From assembly GCF_963921235.1 (NCBI RefSeq), contig NC_086107.1, positions 99,698,001 through 99,762,000 on the forward strand: a DNA stretch of 64,000 bases, given 5' to 3'. Position numbers and translations under genes: made by a program. This document shows, piece by piece, positions 13,561 through 25,517 of this stretch. Every line of letters begins with the position of its first letter. Position 1 is the first letter of the stretch. The notes under the pieces were generated by a model, which was given only the letters and a program-made list of their open reading frames with translations, did not search any database and was not told where the DNA came from. Source of the DNA: Mobula hypostoma. Lineage: Eukaryota.

Positions 13561-14139
13561 CAGCTTCTTAAAAGAAGTGGCTAGGGAGTAAGTGGAAGAA
13601 TTGATTGTGATCTTCCAAAGTTCCCCAAATGTTTGAATGGACCCAGGATGGAAAACTGGAAATGCAGAATACAGAAGGGTTACAAAACACAGGAACCATT
13701 CATTCTAATAGCTCTCATTGGGAGTCCCTTGCAAGAAAGCAGTAGCAAGAGGTTTTATAAAAAGTCATCATTTTTCGGCAGAGCTACCATGGCTGTATGA
13801 AAATAAAATCACATTTTCACAGATTTATTTGTGTTCTTTGAGATTGTGATGATCAGAATGGACGAATGTGAACCTGTACGTGTGGGGTATCAGGATTTCC
13901 AGATGGCCTTTGATAAAGACCTTAACAGCACATTTCCCAAACATGCTAAAGATTCTGACTTGCCAGGTGCTGGAGATGTTAGTGCTGTCAGCCACTGATA
14001 ACGCGACACAGCCTGATCTCAGTACAGTGGCTTTGCGGTAAAACTCCAGTGAAAAATTGCAGCCTGGGTCCAAACTAGGGCACTAGAACTTTGGAGCTAC
14101 TGTAGTGAGATTCATTAAGATGGTGGATGGGATGAAGGT

Positions 14140-15790
14140 CATCAAATTCACATGCACAAGTGCAATGAAAAACTTAATTGCAGCACACAATTAGAGCAAA
14201 CAAAAGAGACGAAACAGTCAACCATAGTGCAAAGTGGTCCTGGTGTTGCTATATTGAGGTGGTGGTTAGGTTGTGCAGGTTGGTTCACAATGTGAATGGT
14301 TGACAGGAAGTAGCTGTTCTTGAACCTGGTGGTGTGGGACTTCAGACTCTGTACCTCCTGCTTGACGGTAGCTGCTAGAAGATGGCAAAGGTGGTGAGGA
14401 ACTTCAATAGTCGTTGCCTTCTTGAGGCAGCACCTCCTGTAGGTACTACCAATGGTGGGCAGGGATGTGCCCAGGACGTAGCGGGCAGGGTCCGCTACTC
14501 TGCAGCTTCTTGTGTTCCTGTGCGTTCGAATTGCCAACCAGGCCATTATGCAACCAGTCAGGATATTTTCAACAGTACACCTGTAGAAGTTTGTTAGAGT
14601 GTCCAGTGCCATACTGAACCTCCTTAAACTTCCAAGAAAGTAAAAACATTGCTGAGCCTTCCTTGTGATTTGCATCTATACAGTGGCATGCAAAAGTTTG
14701 GGCACCCCTGGTCAAAATTTCTGTTACTGTAAATAGCAAAGCAAGTAAAAGATGAACTGATTTCCAAAAGGCATAAAGTTAAAGATGACACATTTCTTTA
14801 ATATTTTAAGCAAGAAAACTTTTTTTATTTCCATCTTTTACAGTTTCAAAATAACAAAAAAGGAAAAGGGCCCAAAGCAAAAGTTTGGGCACCATGCAAT
14901 GCAGTACTTAGTAACACCTCCTTTGGCAAGTATCAAAACTTGTAAATGCTTTTTGTAGCCAGCTAAGAGTCTTTCAATTCTTGTTTGGCGGATTTTCGCC
15001 CATCCTTCCTTGCAAAAGACTTATTGTTCTGTGAGATTCTTGGGCCGTCTTGCATGCACTGCTCTTTTGAGGTCTATCCACAGATTCTTCATGGTGTTTA
15101 GGTCAGGGGACTGTGAGGGCCATGGCAAAACCTTCAGCTTGCGCTTCTTGGGGTAGTTCATTGTGGATTTTGAGGTGTGTTTAGGTTCATTATCCTGTTG
15201 TAGAAGCCATCCTCTTTTCATCTTCGGCTTTTTTACAGATGGTGTGATGTTTGCTTCCAGAATTTGCTGGTATTTGATTGAATTCATTCTTCCCTCTACC
15301 AGTAAATGTTCCCCGTGCCACTGGCTGCAACACAAACCCAAAGCATGATCGATCCACCCCCGTGCTTAACAGTTGGAGAGGGGTCCTTTTCATGAAATTC
15401 TGCACCCTTTTTTCTCCAAACATACCTTTGCTAATTTCAGCCAAAAAGTTCTATTCAAAAGGTTCAAAGGAACATCTAAACAAGCCTGATGCATTTTGGA
15501 AACAAGTCCTGTGGACTGATGAAGCTAAAATAGAACTTTTTGGCTGCAAAGTTTTCTTGCTTAATATATTAAAGAAATGTGTCATCTTTAACTTTATGCC
15601 TTTTGGAAATCAGTTCGTCTTTTACTCGCTTAGCCATTCACAGTAACAGAAATTTTGACCAGGGGTGCCCAAACTTTTGTATGCCACTGTATGCAGGGCT
15701 GAGAACAGGTCATCAGATATGTTAATGTCCAGGAATTTAAAGCTGCTGATGCTGTCCGCCATTAATCCACCAGTGCTGATTAGTGCATAA
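14140..15790 (-). mobile_element. Rex1-like LINE 3' fragment interrupted by a Tc1 element
   Basis: ORF 14148-14675 (KAQQCFYFLGSLRRF...NFYRCTVENILTGCI). The LINE sequence continues after 15691. Confidence 0.7.
14681..15689 (-). mobile_element. Internally deleted and rearranged Tc1-like transposon
   Basis: TIR CAGTGGCATGCAAAAGTTTGGGCACCCC matches its inverse ending at 15689, with TA on both sides. C-terminal transposase QQDNEPKH...WPSQSPDLN on the minus strand. Confidence 0.9.
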
Positions 15791-16806
15791 AAGGTTTACT
15801 GTAAAAGTCAGGAACTCCTGGCAGCGGGGGACAAGATACTGCCCTTGACAGAAGCTTTCCTAACAAAAAACAGAATGCAATAGTTTTTTCAGGTTGGTAA
15901 GTTCTAACCAGTGATATTAATGACTTGGACGATTATGCAGAGTTAGGTGGGGAAGCAGGATGCGAGTAGGCAAAATTTGGCAGGAATAACAGAAGAACCA
16001 AATATAGTTTCAATGAAGAGAGACTGAGAACACAATCATAAAGAGAGGTCTAGGTGTCCTTGTACGTGAAAGGCTGAATATCCGTGTAGGACCAGCAGGT
16101 AGTTAGGAAAACCGATGGAATGTTGGCCCTTGCGGAAAAAGGACTGGGTACAAAAAGAGGGTCTTTCTACAATCGTACGGGCATTTGTAAAACCACACCA
16201 ATTGTTCCTCCAGTCTTGGTTTTATTTGACGTACTTGCATTGGGAGGCATTTCAGACACTTTGCTGGCTTTATACCTGGGATAAAGGTGATTGGGCCAAT
16301 ATGCTCTAGATTTTAGCAGAATGAGACAGGATCTTACTGAAACATGGCATTCTGTGGAAGACTAATAATGAGATAATGTTTCCCTTGAAGAATCTATAAC
16401 GTAGTTTCAGAATAAGGCAGAGAGGAAGAAGAATTTCTTCTCTGAGCATCGTGCACCTTTGGAATTTTTGACATCAGAGAACTGTGAAGGCTTAGTTGCT
16501 GAAAATCTTCATGGCTGAGACAAGTGGATCACTGGCCTTGAGTTGTAAGGGATGTGGGCAATGAAAGGATAGACTGGCAGGGTAAAGTCTGCTCTTGTTG
16601 TGGTAACTTGTGTTCCTCTCCTCTGTATGTACCCCCATCTTTGTCCCTGTGTAATACTCCCTCTTACCCCATTCCTGCCTTCTTTCGTTGACTTTGTCCC
16701 AACCCACTTTCACTGTATTCTTCCTCTAACCCCATCTTTAAGTTTCCTGCTCCTGTTCCTCCATGCGTGTCCTTCACTCTCTCCCCTTCTCTCTCGTTTT
16801 GCACAG

Positions 16807-16917
16807 TTCCAACTGGAGAAAGTCAAGGGAGGTCACCATGTCCATTTGAATGAGCCGGAGCGAGTCGCAGGAATAATCAGCGACTTCCTGAAGATGAATA
16901 TCACTCCCAAACTATGA
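16807..16917 (+). CDS. SERHL: Serine hydrolase-like protein, last coding exon (FQLEKVKGGHHVHLNEPERVAGIISDFLKMNITPKL*)
   Basis: Very long pyrimidine tract plus cacag acceptor. Alpha/beta-hydrolase catalytic His motif GGHHVHLNEP. TGA at 16915-16917. Confidence 0.9.
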   Translation, partial: FQLEKVKGGHHVHLNEPERVAGIISDFLKMNITPKL

Positions 16918-17358
16918 GGATAGACTGTTGTGAGGTTGTATCGAGTTTGAAAGAGGAGATCACCCACAGAGGACACTACAAGATCAGTTACTTGTCCACC
17001 AGAAATACAGCTCGTCAATAACTAGCTGTGTGCACTAAGAAATATTAATGGCAATGATGCGAAATTAATCAGTAGTTTAAGAAGATTTGAATTATTCTGG
17101 GGTACTTGGGCAATGAAGACATCACCCAGCAATAGTGGGGATGGTGGTGAATGGTCTGGGGTTTTGACTCTTGTTCAAGGTTAGAAAAATTCTATCCTCA
17201 ATTTTTCACATTAATTTCACTCAGTGTTTTAAAAGGTATTGACGATTCTATGACAGTGAGTTTCTGAGGCCACCATTACTAAAACATTGCAGTACATTTT
17301 AGTTATTACCTATTACAGCACCCTGACTACACCAGTTTGTTTAAAACCTTCTGAATTC

Positions 17359-17364
17359 AATAAA
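17359..17364 (+). terminator. Candidate polyadenylation signal for SERHL
   Basis: First AATAAA I see after the stop (about 440 nt downstream), followed by T-rich sequence. Confidence 0.5.
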
Positions 17365-19343
17365 ATGGTTTGCAGATCAATGTACATTTTTTCACATGGG
17401 AGCAGGTTCAACTGAGCTTGATCAATGTTTTGGCTCATTCCTTAGACCCTGACTGCGAACCGTTTTCTGTTTTAATGAGCAAAGACCCTGCAACATGTCC
17501 ACAGTCCCACTCCCCACCCCACCAAAATTATCCAATCCCCAGGAGAGGCAAGACACCGGTTTGAAAACCCTGAGCAGTTTGAAGAAAATAAATTGGAGAA
17601 ATCTTTCTTCGACTCACCTAGCTAACTGAGGCTCATGATCCAAGACTTTGTCTTTGATCTCCACCGACTGGGAAGGTCCCAGTTAGTTGGGGGGAGGGGA
17701 GATGAAGGTGATCAGACCCAATAGAACTGCCCTGTGGGTAGCCATCATTAAAATAATTTAGTACATTTTATTTTTTTTAAACCAGTGGGAGATAGTTCCA
17801 GACACTGTGGCCCAGTGTCTCCTTCACGGGAGTGGGAAGGAAACACTGGGCTAAGACAGGAGAGCTGAAGCAGGTAACTGAGACTACAAAGCAGGAGTTT
17901 AGTGAAAACATTCCAGAGACCAAGGCAGAGGTAGGGTCGGATATTGCTGGAGGTAAGAAAGTGTCCCCTCACCAACTCAGCAGGCTAAGAACTCCCTGCC
18001 CAACACTGAAGACGTTGGTCCCAGACAGATTGTCCATTTGTTACTTGAACTCACTAGGAACAGAGCCTCAAACACCATTCAGTTAAATCATGGCTGCTTG
18101 TAAACTAACAGTAATAATAATGGATAGCTCACAGTCTCCAAACTAGCTCTGCAGTACACAGAACCCTCATTAGCATCAATCTGTTTTCCCAGTTTTAGGT
18201 TGACCTGCTGCCTCTATTTGTTTTAGGCAGACGAGTTGCAAGTTTCTACTGCTTTCTGTGTGAAAAGGAGCTTCCTTACTGGGCTGACTCCTGTCCTAAG
18301 TCTGAAGTGCTTGATTTCTGATAAGCAAATGTTTTGATACAACACATCCCCAGTAACGCTCTGATTATGTCCCCTGGCAGATTAAAAGCACGTCACCCTG
18401 AGCTCATTGTTAGGTCACGGCCATTTGACGGCTGCTGTTTAAGCAGTGACAGTGAAGAGCAGGAGAAAGAGGGACGACCAGCAATGCAGCAGAGAACAAT
18501 TACAGACATCTGAGAAACGGCAGCAAGGAAAAATTGTGCTTAGTCCATCAGACCGTAAAACATAGGTGCAGATTAGGCCATTCAACCCATCGAGTATGTT
18601 TTAGCAATCGAAGATATCTGATTTATTTTCCCTCTCAACTCCATTCTCTTACCTTCTCCCTGTAACCTCTAACCTATTCAAGAACCTATTTACCTCCGCC
18701 TTAAATATACCCAGTGACTTGATATCCACAGTTGTCTGTAACACTGAATTCCACACATCCACCACCCTCTAACTAAAGAAATTCCTCCTCACCTCTGCTC
18801 TAAAGAGATGTCCCATTCTGAAGCCATGCCTTCTGGTCCTAGACTCTCCCACGACACTGGACAGCAAAGATTTTGCTTCCTGAATGCTTTTGAGTGTATC
18901 TTACAGATTTTGGGCCACTGATCATGAAAATCACCATGAAATCACACACCCTTTTTGTTAAATTCCCTATATTTGTTATTTTAGTTCCTAATTCAAGTCA
19001 AATTAAATGCTGCTCACAACGTAAACTGAAAAGTTTTCTATGTTGTCCGGGCATGCTTAGGCAGGGAGGATGTTATAAAAGCATCTCACACACACACACC
19101 GCTCTATGCATTGCGCTTACATGTATATTGATTTGCAAGCTCTACATACAAAGCATATTATGTGTAGTCATTATAATAAACTAAGTGTATTTTCAGAAAT
19201 ACTCATGATAGCAAAATGTCTTGCCAGTGTTGCAACAGCCACGATATTTCCTGTTATATTTGTGGCGAGTATATGCTTAAATGTCAAAGATGGAGCATGA
19301 CTAGTCTTAAGAAAGCCTATGAGCTTTATTTGGGTGTATGACC

Positions 19344-20324
19344 TGTTACGTACCCCGTAACTGGGTTGCCAAACCAGCAGAAATGGATCACTCAGTTGGA
19401 GTCTGGATTACTAGAACTAAGAAAGTTTTATTAAAGAAACAAGCAACACAGTACTCTAATCGAAAGGATAATAAATGCAACAGTTCAGCAATGATAAACA
19501 CCCATGTACACAGAATTAAGATAACAGGATCAACCAAGCTCTATCGTTGTCTAGGGGTAAATGACCAATTTCAAAGTGACACAAAGTCCAGTTCAATTTA
19601 GTTCAGTTCGCAGTAATCGTTGCCATGGCAATGGACAATGTGGGGGGAAGGAGAGAGAGAACGGGAACGACTGATCATTCAGAACGGCTTCCACTCACAG
19701 ACCTGCGATATTGCTCACAAGCAGCTTTCGGGCCTGTCCTCTGTGATGTCACCTGGGGTCACCGACTGTGACCCCTCCTCCAGATGCGGTCGATCCTCTG
19801 CAGTGAACCCGGCACCCAAGCAAGGGCGGACACACACCGGGTTCCCGCTGATCGTACCTTTCCACCCTGTACGTCTAAGGCTGATCCCGCGATCAGCTGT
19901 CTAAGAGCTTCCCACCGACTTGTGAGAGGTGCACCACTTCCAGGGTCTCGTTACCTCGGGGTGTCGTGTGTGTCCTGCCTTAGCGAACCTGTCCCTTTTT
20001 ATCCCCCTGCTGGGGTATAGCCTGTCCATCACTTCAAACAGTTCAGGGTTCAAAGGGGGAGCCGCTCTAGACAGCTCTCTCTCCCGTCCCTTCATTACAC
20101 ATCTCCAGGTCGCCTGTCCAGCACTTCAAACAGTTCAGGGTTCAAAGGGGGAGCCGATCTTGATAATACCCAGACTGATGGCTCCTTCATTAACATCTCC
20201 AAATGCTGCTTCATTGTGTTCCTTATCTCTCCCTCCCCTGAGGACAGGTGGCAGACCAACTGCTGATGCCACTGGTGCTATCCCAGGCCAGCAAACATCT
20301 TAATTTATGTGTATTCTCATCACA
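19344..20324 (-). mobile_element. Solo LTR of the Gmr1-like family
   Basis: TG...CA termini and a perfect 4-bp TSD GACC (19340-19343 and 20325-20328). It is an inverted homolog of the LTRs at 24570 and 28588. Confidence 0.92.
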
Positions 20325-20861
20325 GACCATACACTTCCCTACACTCTATTCCCTTTGCCACTTCTTGGCCAATTCTCCTAATCAGATCAAATCCTTCTGC
20401 AGACTCTCTGTTTCCTCAACGCTACCTGCCTCTCCAAACTTGGCTACAAAGCCATCAATTTCAGCATCCAGATTATCAGCATATAACGTCAAAAGAAGTG
20501 GTCCCAGACCAACCTTTGTGGAGCACCATTATTTACCAGCGGCCAACCAGAATAGGCCCCTCTATTCTCACTCTACCTTCTGCTGGTCAGCCAACTTTCT
20601 GCCCATGCTAGTAACTTCCCTGTAATACGATGGACTCTTACCTTGGTTAGCAACCTCATGCATTATCAAAGTTCACAGGCGGCTGACTGAACAATGGAAA
20701 ATGCTCATGTACATAAGGTCACTCTGCACTTTGTTACGATGTTATCAGAAAGTCCCAAAACAATTCAAGGTCATGCTGATTGAAGTATTTGTGTTAGCTG
20801 TAGATTGGCAATTTGAATTCCTTAATTACAAGGTTATTTACACTTCCAGAGAGTTATTTCT

Positions 20862-21097
20862 AAACATAGAAACATAGAAAATAGGTGCAGGAGTAGGCCA
20901 TTCGGCCCTTCGAGCCTGCACCGCCATTTATTATGATCATGGCTGATCATCCAACTCAGAACCCCGCCCCAGCCTTCCCTCCATACCCCCTGACCCCTGT
21001 AGCCACAAGGGCCATATCTAACTCCCTCTTAAACATAGCCAATGAACTGGCCTCAACAGTTTCCTGTGGCAGAGAATTCCACAGATTCACCACTCTC
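20862..21097 (-). mobile_element. Young CR1 3' end fragment
   Basis: Near-identical reverse complement of about 32560-32790, including the (TTCTATGT)n tail. Confidence 0.85.
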
Positions 21098-22639
21098 AGA
21101 AACTCTTTCAGGTGTAGCACTTGAAATTCTGTGATTATCCGGATCTGGTCTTTGCCTGTTAACAGTGAGGTTGATTATTAGCTTAAGCTTTTTGCTCTGA
21201 AACTTAATAGGTTTCCTTCAAAAGGTAACCGGAACCATTCACTGACCCGAGAATTGCTTCTGGAAATGAAGCAGCAGATAATCTGCTCCATGTTGCCTGG
21301 CCAATGAATCTACTTTGGTGCTGCTAATCAGGTGGGGGGGGGGCGGGTGAATGCTAACATAGAACTCCCTACTTCTGGTTATGCATTACAGGGCGGTCTG
21401 TCTCTCTACCAGAGAAAGATGACAGCAACCAAGTGGTGGACAATATGCCCAGTGAGAAGCCTTGTAGAAATGGTAGAGATGTATGAGAATACCTAGGAAA
21501 GGAGCCCAGGTTATATGGAGCTGAGCTTGCTCTCCATAGAGCAAAAAAGGTTCAAGAGAGATTTAATGGAGAACAGAATACTTGTGGATCTACGTTTAGA
21601 GAGAAAATGTTTGCAGAAAAGAGCAATGGAGTTGGTCTTTTCCCTCTGTGATCAGCTTCTTGGCACATCTCTCCCCAGACTCTGCCTGTCTGCATCGTGC
21701 TGTTGTCATCTGCATACCATACCAGTTCAGTGCCTCTGCCCCAGCCTAAGTTCACCTGAGATATGAGAATGACTGTGGGTGTTGTGTGGAAAATACAGAA
21801 GCCTAGTCTAATCCATGAATCTTCATTCTTATGAGAAGCTGGCTGGATGGAGATGAGAAGGAGAAAATGCTGGGAGTACTTAGCAAGATGGGCAGCAGCT
21901 GTGGAGAAAGAATCTAGATGAATGATAACACTGGACAGCCGCAGGCGAAGACCAGTTAGCCCATTCACTGCTATGCAATTTGCCAAGATCATAGCTGTCA
22001 CTTTCCCTCAGTTCCATTTTCTTGCATAGTCCCCACGTTCTTAATATCCAGAAATCTATCCAGCTCTGTTTTAAATGAGTTAAATGACTGAGTCTCTACA
22101 TTCCTAAAGGGTAGAGAATTCCAAAATTACACTGACTTTTTGTGGTACAAAGAAAGAGCAGCAAGAAATCTCATAGAACATCGCCACATATGAGAAACTT
22201 TACAAATTATTCTGCATATGCTCTGTTCTTCCATTTGCCAATATTTCCCTGAAGCCTCCTCCCTACATCTTCCTTCCTGTCTGGTTTTGTTTCATCAGCT
22301 AACCTTCAAATATAATGTTTGGTCTCCACAGGCAAGATGTTATTCTGAAACGTCACTTCTCCCCTTAGGGTGGGGCGATATTGGTCTGGTTCTGCTCTTG
22401 TCTGTCTGCTTATAGCCAGAGCATCACAGCCAATGGCATCTCCTCCAATGCCTGCACATTCATCTGTTGGGCTGACTGCAACTCTGACTCCAGTTTTACC
22501 ATTTCATCCGTAGTGTGTGCACAACACCTACCTCTGGCTCACCGTCACCCCCCTCAACTCTTCCATTCCGATATCTATCTCTGTGTGATTGGAAATTCCT
22601 TCCAACTGAAATAAATGAATGGAAATACTGCAAATACTC

Positions 22640-23112
22640 AGCATCATCAAAAAGACTTGATCCTTCCATGGCTACAACCCAGGCTCTTTTCAGTTAGTGG
22701 TGGAGAGGAGGTCACTAAACAAACTGTTATCCATTATGGTCAATCAGGCTCATCCTCTCCATGACCTACTGAATAAGCAGTGGAGCACCCTTTCGAACAG
22801 GCTCATTCAGCTCCACTGTCACAAGGATCGTTACAGAAAATCTTTCCTACCAAACGCAATAAGCATATACAACAGGTCATCTCTGTGTGACAGGAGAGCA
22901 CACATCATAGTACAATAGTCTCAGTTTTATTATTGCATGTTGGTAAATTATTATTGTGTATGTTATTATTCTGTACATTATTATTAGTTAACTCTGCACA
23001 CTGCAAAGTGTGTTTTTAAATGTTGCTGCTGTAACAAAAGAATTTCCCACTCGGGATCAATAAAGTACTTCTTCTTCCTCCTCTTCTTCTTCTTCTTATT
23101 ATTATTATTATT
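22640..23112 (+). mobile_element. Rex1-like LINE 3' end with (CTT)/(ATT)n tail
   Basis: VERRSLNKLLSIM...HPLHDLL...RYRKSFLP. A close copy lies at about 49215-49855. Confidence 0.7.
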
Positions 23113-23530
23113 GTCTGTGGGAATGTCTATGCTTTTTCTCTGCTCAGATACTGCCTATCTCGCTGAATGCTTACAACATGTTGATATTTCAGATTCCCAG
23201 TAGCTAAGTATTCAAAGTCTGCCATCAACATCAGTCTTCGACTCAATCCGCATTCCCACTGCCTCCATTCCTCTTGCAGTCACTCAAGAAAGCGGCATCC
23301 CTCATTAAGGACCCTCACCATGAAGGTCATGCTCCCTTCTCAGGGAGGAGGTACAGGAGCCTGAAGACTCACACTCAATGTTGTAAGAACAGATTCTGCC
23401 CCTCTGCCCTCAGTTTTCTGAACAGTCCATGAACTCTGCTTCACCAATCCGCTTTTATTCTTCTTGTAATCTGTACTCCTCAAAGTAAAGTTAGTATCAG
23501 CGTACATATATGGCACCATATACAACCCTG

Positions 23531-23838
23531 TGTTGGCGCATGGCCAAGTGGTTAAGGCGTTCGTCTAGTGATCTGAAGGTTGCTAGTTCGAGCCTCAGCT
23601 GAGGCAGCGTGTTGTGTCCTTGAGCAAGGCACTTAACCACACATTGCTCTGCGACGACACCGGTGCCAAGCTGTATGGGTCCTAATGCCTTCCCTTGGAC
23701 AACATCGGTGGCATGGAGAGGGGAGACTTGCAGCATGGGCAACTGCCGGTCTTCCATACAACCTTGCCCAGGCCTGCGCCCTGGAAACCTTCCAAGGCGC
23801 AAATCCATGGTCTCATGAGACTAACGGATGCCTATATA
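23531..23838 (+). mobile_element. tRNA-derived SINE
   Basis: A box TGGCCAAGTGG, B box GTTCGAGCC, TSD ACAACCCTG (23522-23530 and 23839-23847). A second copy is inverted at 34672-34977. Confidence 0.85.
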
Positions 23839-25517
23839 ACAACCCTGCGATTCATTTATTGTGGCATACTCTACAAATCCATATCAGACCATAACCATAA
23901 CAGAATCAATGAAAGACCGCACCAAATAGAGTATTCAACCAATGTGCAAAAGACAACAAAATATGCAAATACAAAAAGAAAGAAATAATAATAATAATAT
24001 TAATTATTACTAGACAAGCTGGTGACCCGTTGGGGCACCCTTTGAGAGAAGGGTAGTGCAGTCTGATGTGATGTGCTTTGGAAATTAAAGAAGAAAAACT
24101 CAGTTTATTAAAGAAGAAAGACTCGTAGCAAGACAAGTATAGCTCCTCCTCGTTTAATGAAGGACACTTTTGATGACAACATTTCTGGTTGATCTGCCAT
24201 CCTTAAACGACATGATGGAAATATGGAAGTAAAACCTGACTAGAGAGCTTAAAAAGAGGATTTTCATAGCAGTCACAGAGTCCATTCTCACGTACGGATG
24301 TGAGACGTGGACACTCACCAAGACTATGCGAAAGTCTCTAGATGGTTGCATACACAAATGCTCCGGATGGCTCTTGACGTGAGTTGGCAACAGCACATGA
24401 CGAACGTTGAGCTCTATAACAACCTACCGATGCTCACTACTAAAATCGAGGCGAGAAGACTGCAACTAGCTGGGCACTGTCTACGCCACCCCGAGCTACC
24501 TGCCAGCCTAGTCATCATATGGGAGCCCAAGCACGGGAGGATGAACCCTGGGCGCCCTCCCAAGACTGTTGTGACAAGAATACACATAGATTAAGATGTT
24601 AGCTGTCCTGTGTGATCAGCAGTTGGTCTGCCACCTGTCTTCAGGAGAGAGAGAGATAAGGAAAACAATGGAGCAGCATTTGGAGATGTGTAATGAAGGG
24701 ACGGGAGAGAGAGCTGTCAAGAGCGGCTCCCCCTTTGAACCCTGAACTGTTTGAAGTGATGGACAGGCGATACCCCAGCAGGGGGATAAAAAGGGACAGG
24801 TTCACTAAGGCAACACACACACAACACCCGAGGTAACGAGACCCTGGAAGTGGTGCGCCTCTCACAAGTCGGTGGAAAGCGTTTGGATGGCTGATCGCGG
24901 GATCAAGCCATAGACGCTCAGGGTAGAAAGGCACGATCGGCGGGAACCTGGTGTGTGTCCACCCTTGCCTGGGTGCCGGGTTCACCGCAGGGAAACGATT
25001 CGTATCTGGAAATGGAGGGGTCACGGTCGCTGACCTCAGATGACATCACAAAGGACTCGCCCGAAAGCTGACTGCGAAGGTCTGTGTGTGGAAGCCGTTT
25101 GAATATTCATTCGTTTTGCTCTCTCTCTCCTTCCCCCCACTGTCTGCGAACTGAACTGAACTAAATTGAACTGAACTTTGCGTCACTTTGAAATTGGTCA
25201 TTTACCCCTAGACAACGATAGAGCTTGATTGATCCTGTTATCTTAATTCTGTGTACATGTATGTTTATCATTGCTGAACTGTTGCATTTATTATCCTTTT
25301 GATTAGAGTACTGTGTTGCTTGTTTCTTTAATAAAACTTTCTTAGTTCTAGTAATCCAGACTCCAACTGAGTGATCCATTTCTGCTGGTTTGGCAACCCA
25401 GTTACGGGGTACGTAACATAAGTGGGGTTCTCATCCGCAATTTTGAACGCTAAATTTGGGACGGAGTAAATTGATTGGGTCAAAATTCCCAAAAGAAAGA
25501 AAAGACAAACAGCAGAA

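Noticed and set aside
16600..16806. N-terminal extension of ORF 16600-16917
   Set aside because: This is the intronic pyrimidine tract upstream of the acceptor at 16806.
17832..18086. 84-aa ORF in unique sequence downstream of SERHL
   Set aside because: It has a non-ATG start, no recognisable motif and no convincing splice partners.
23531..23610. tRNA gene
   Set aside because: A and B boxes are present, but it is the head of a 300-bp SINE with a TSD and a second copy.
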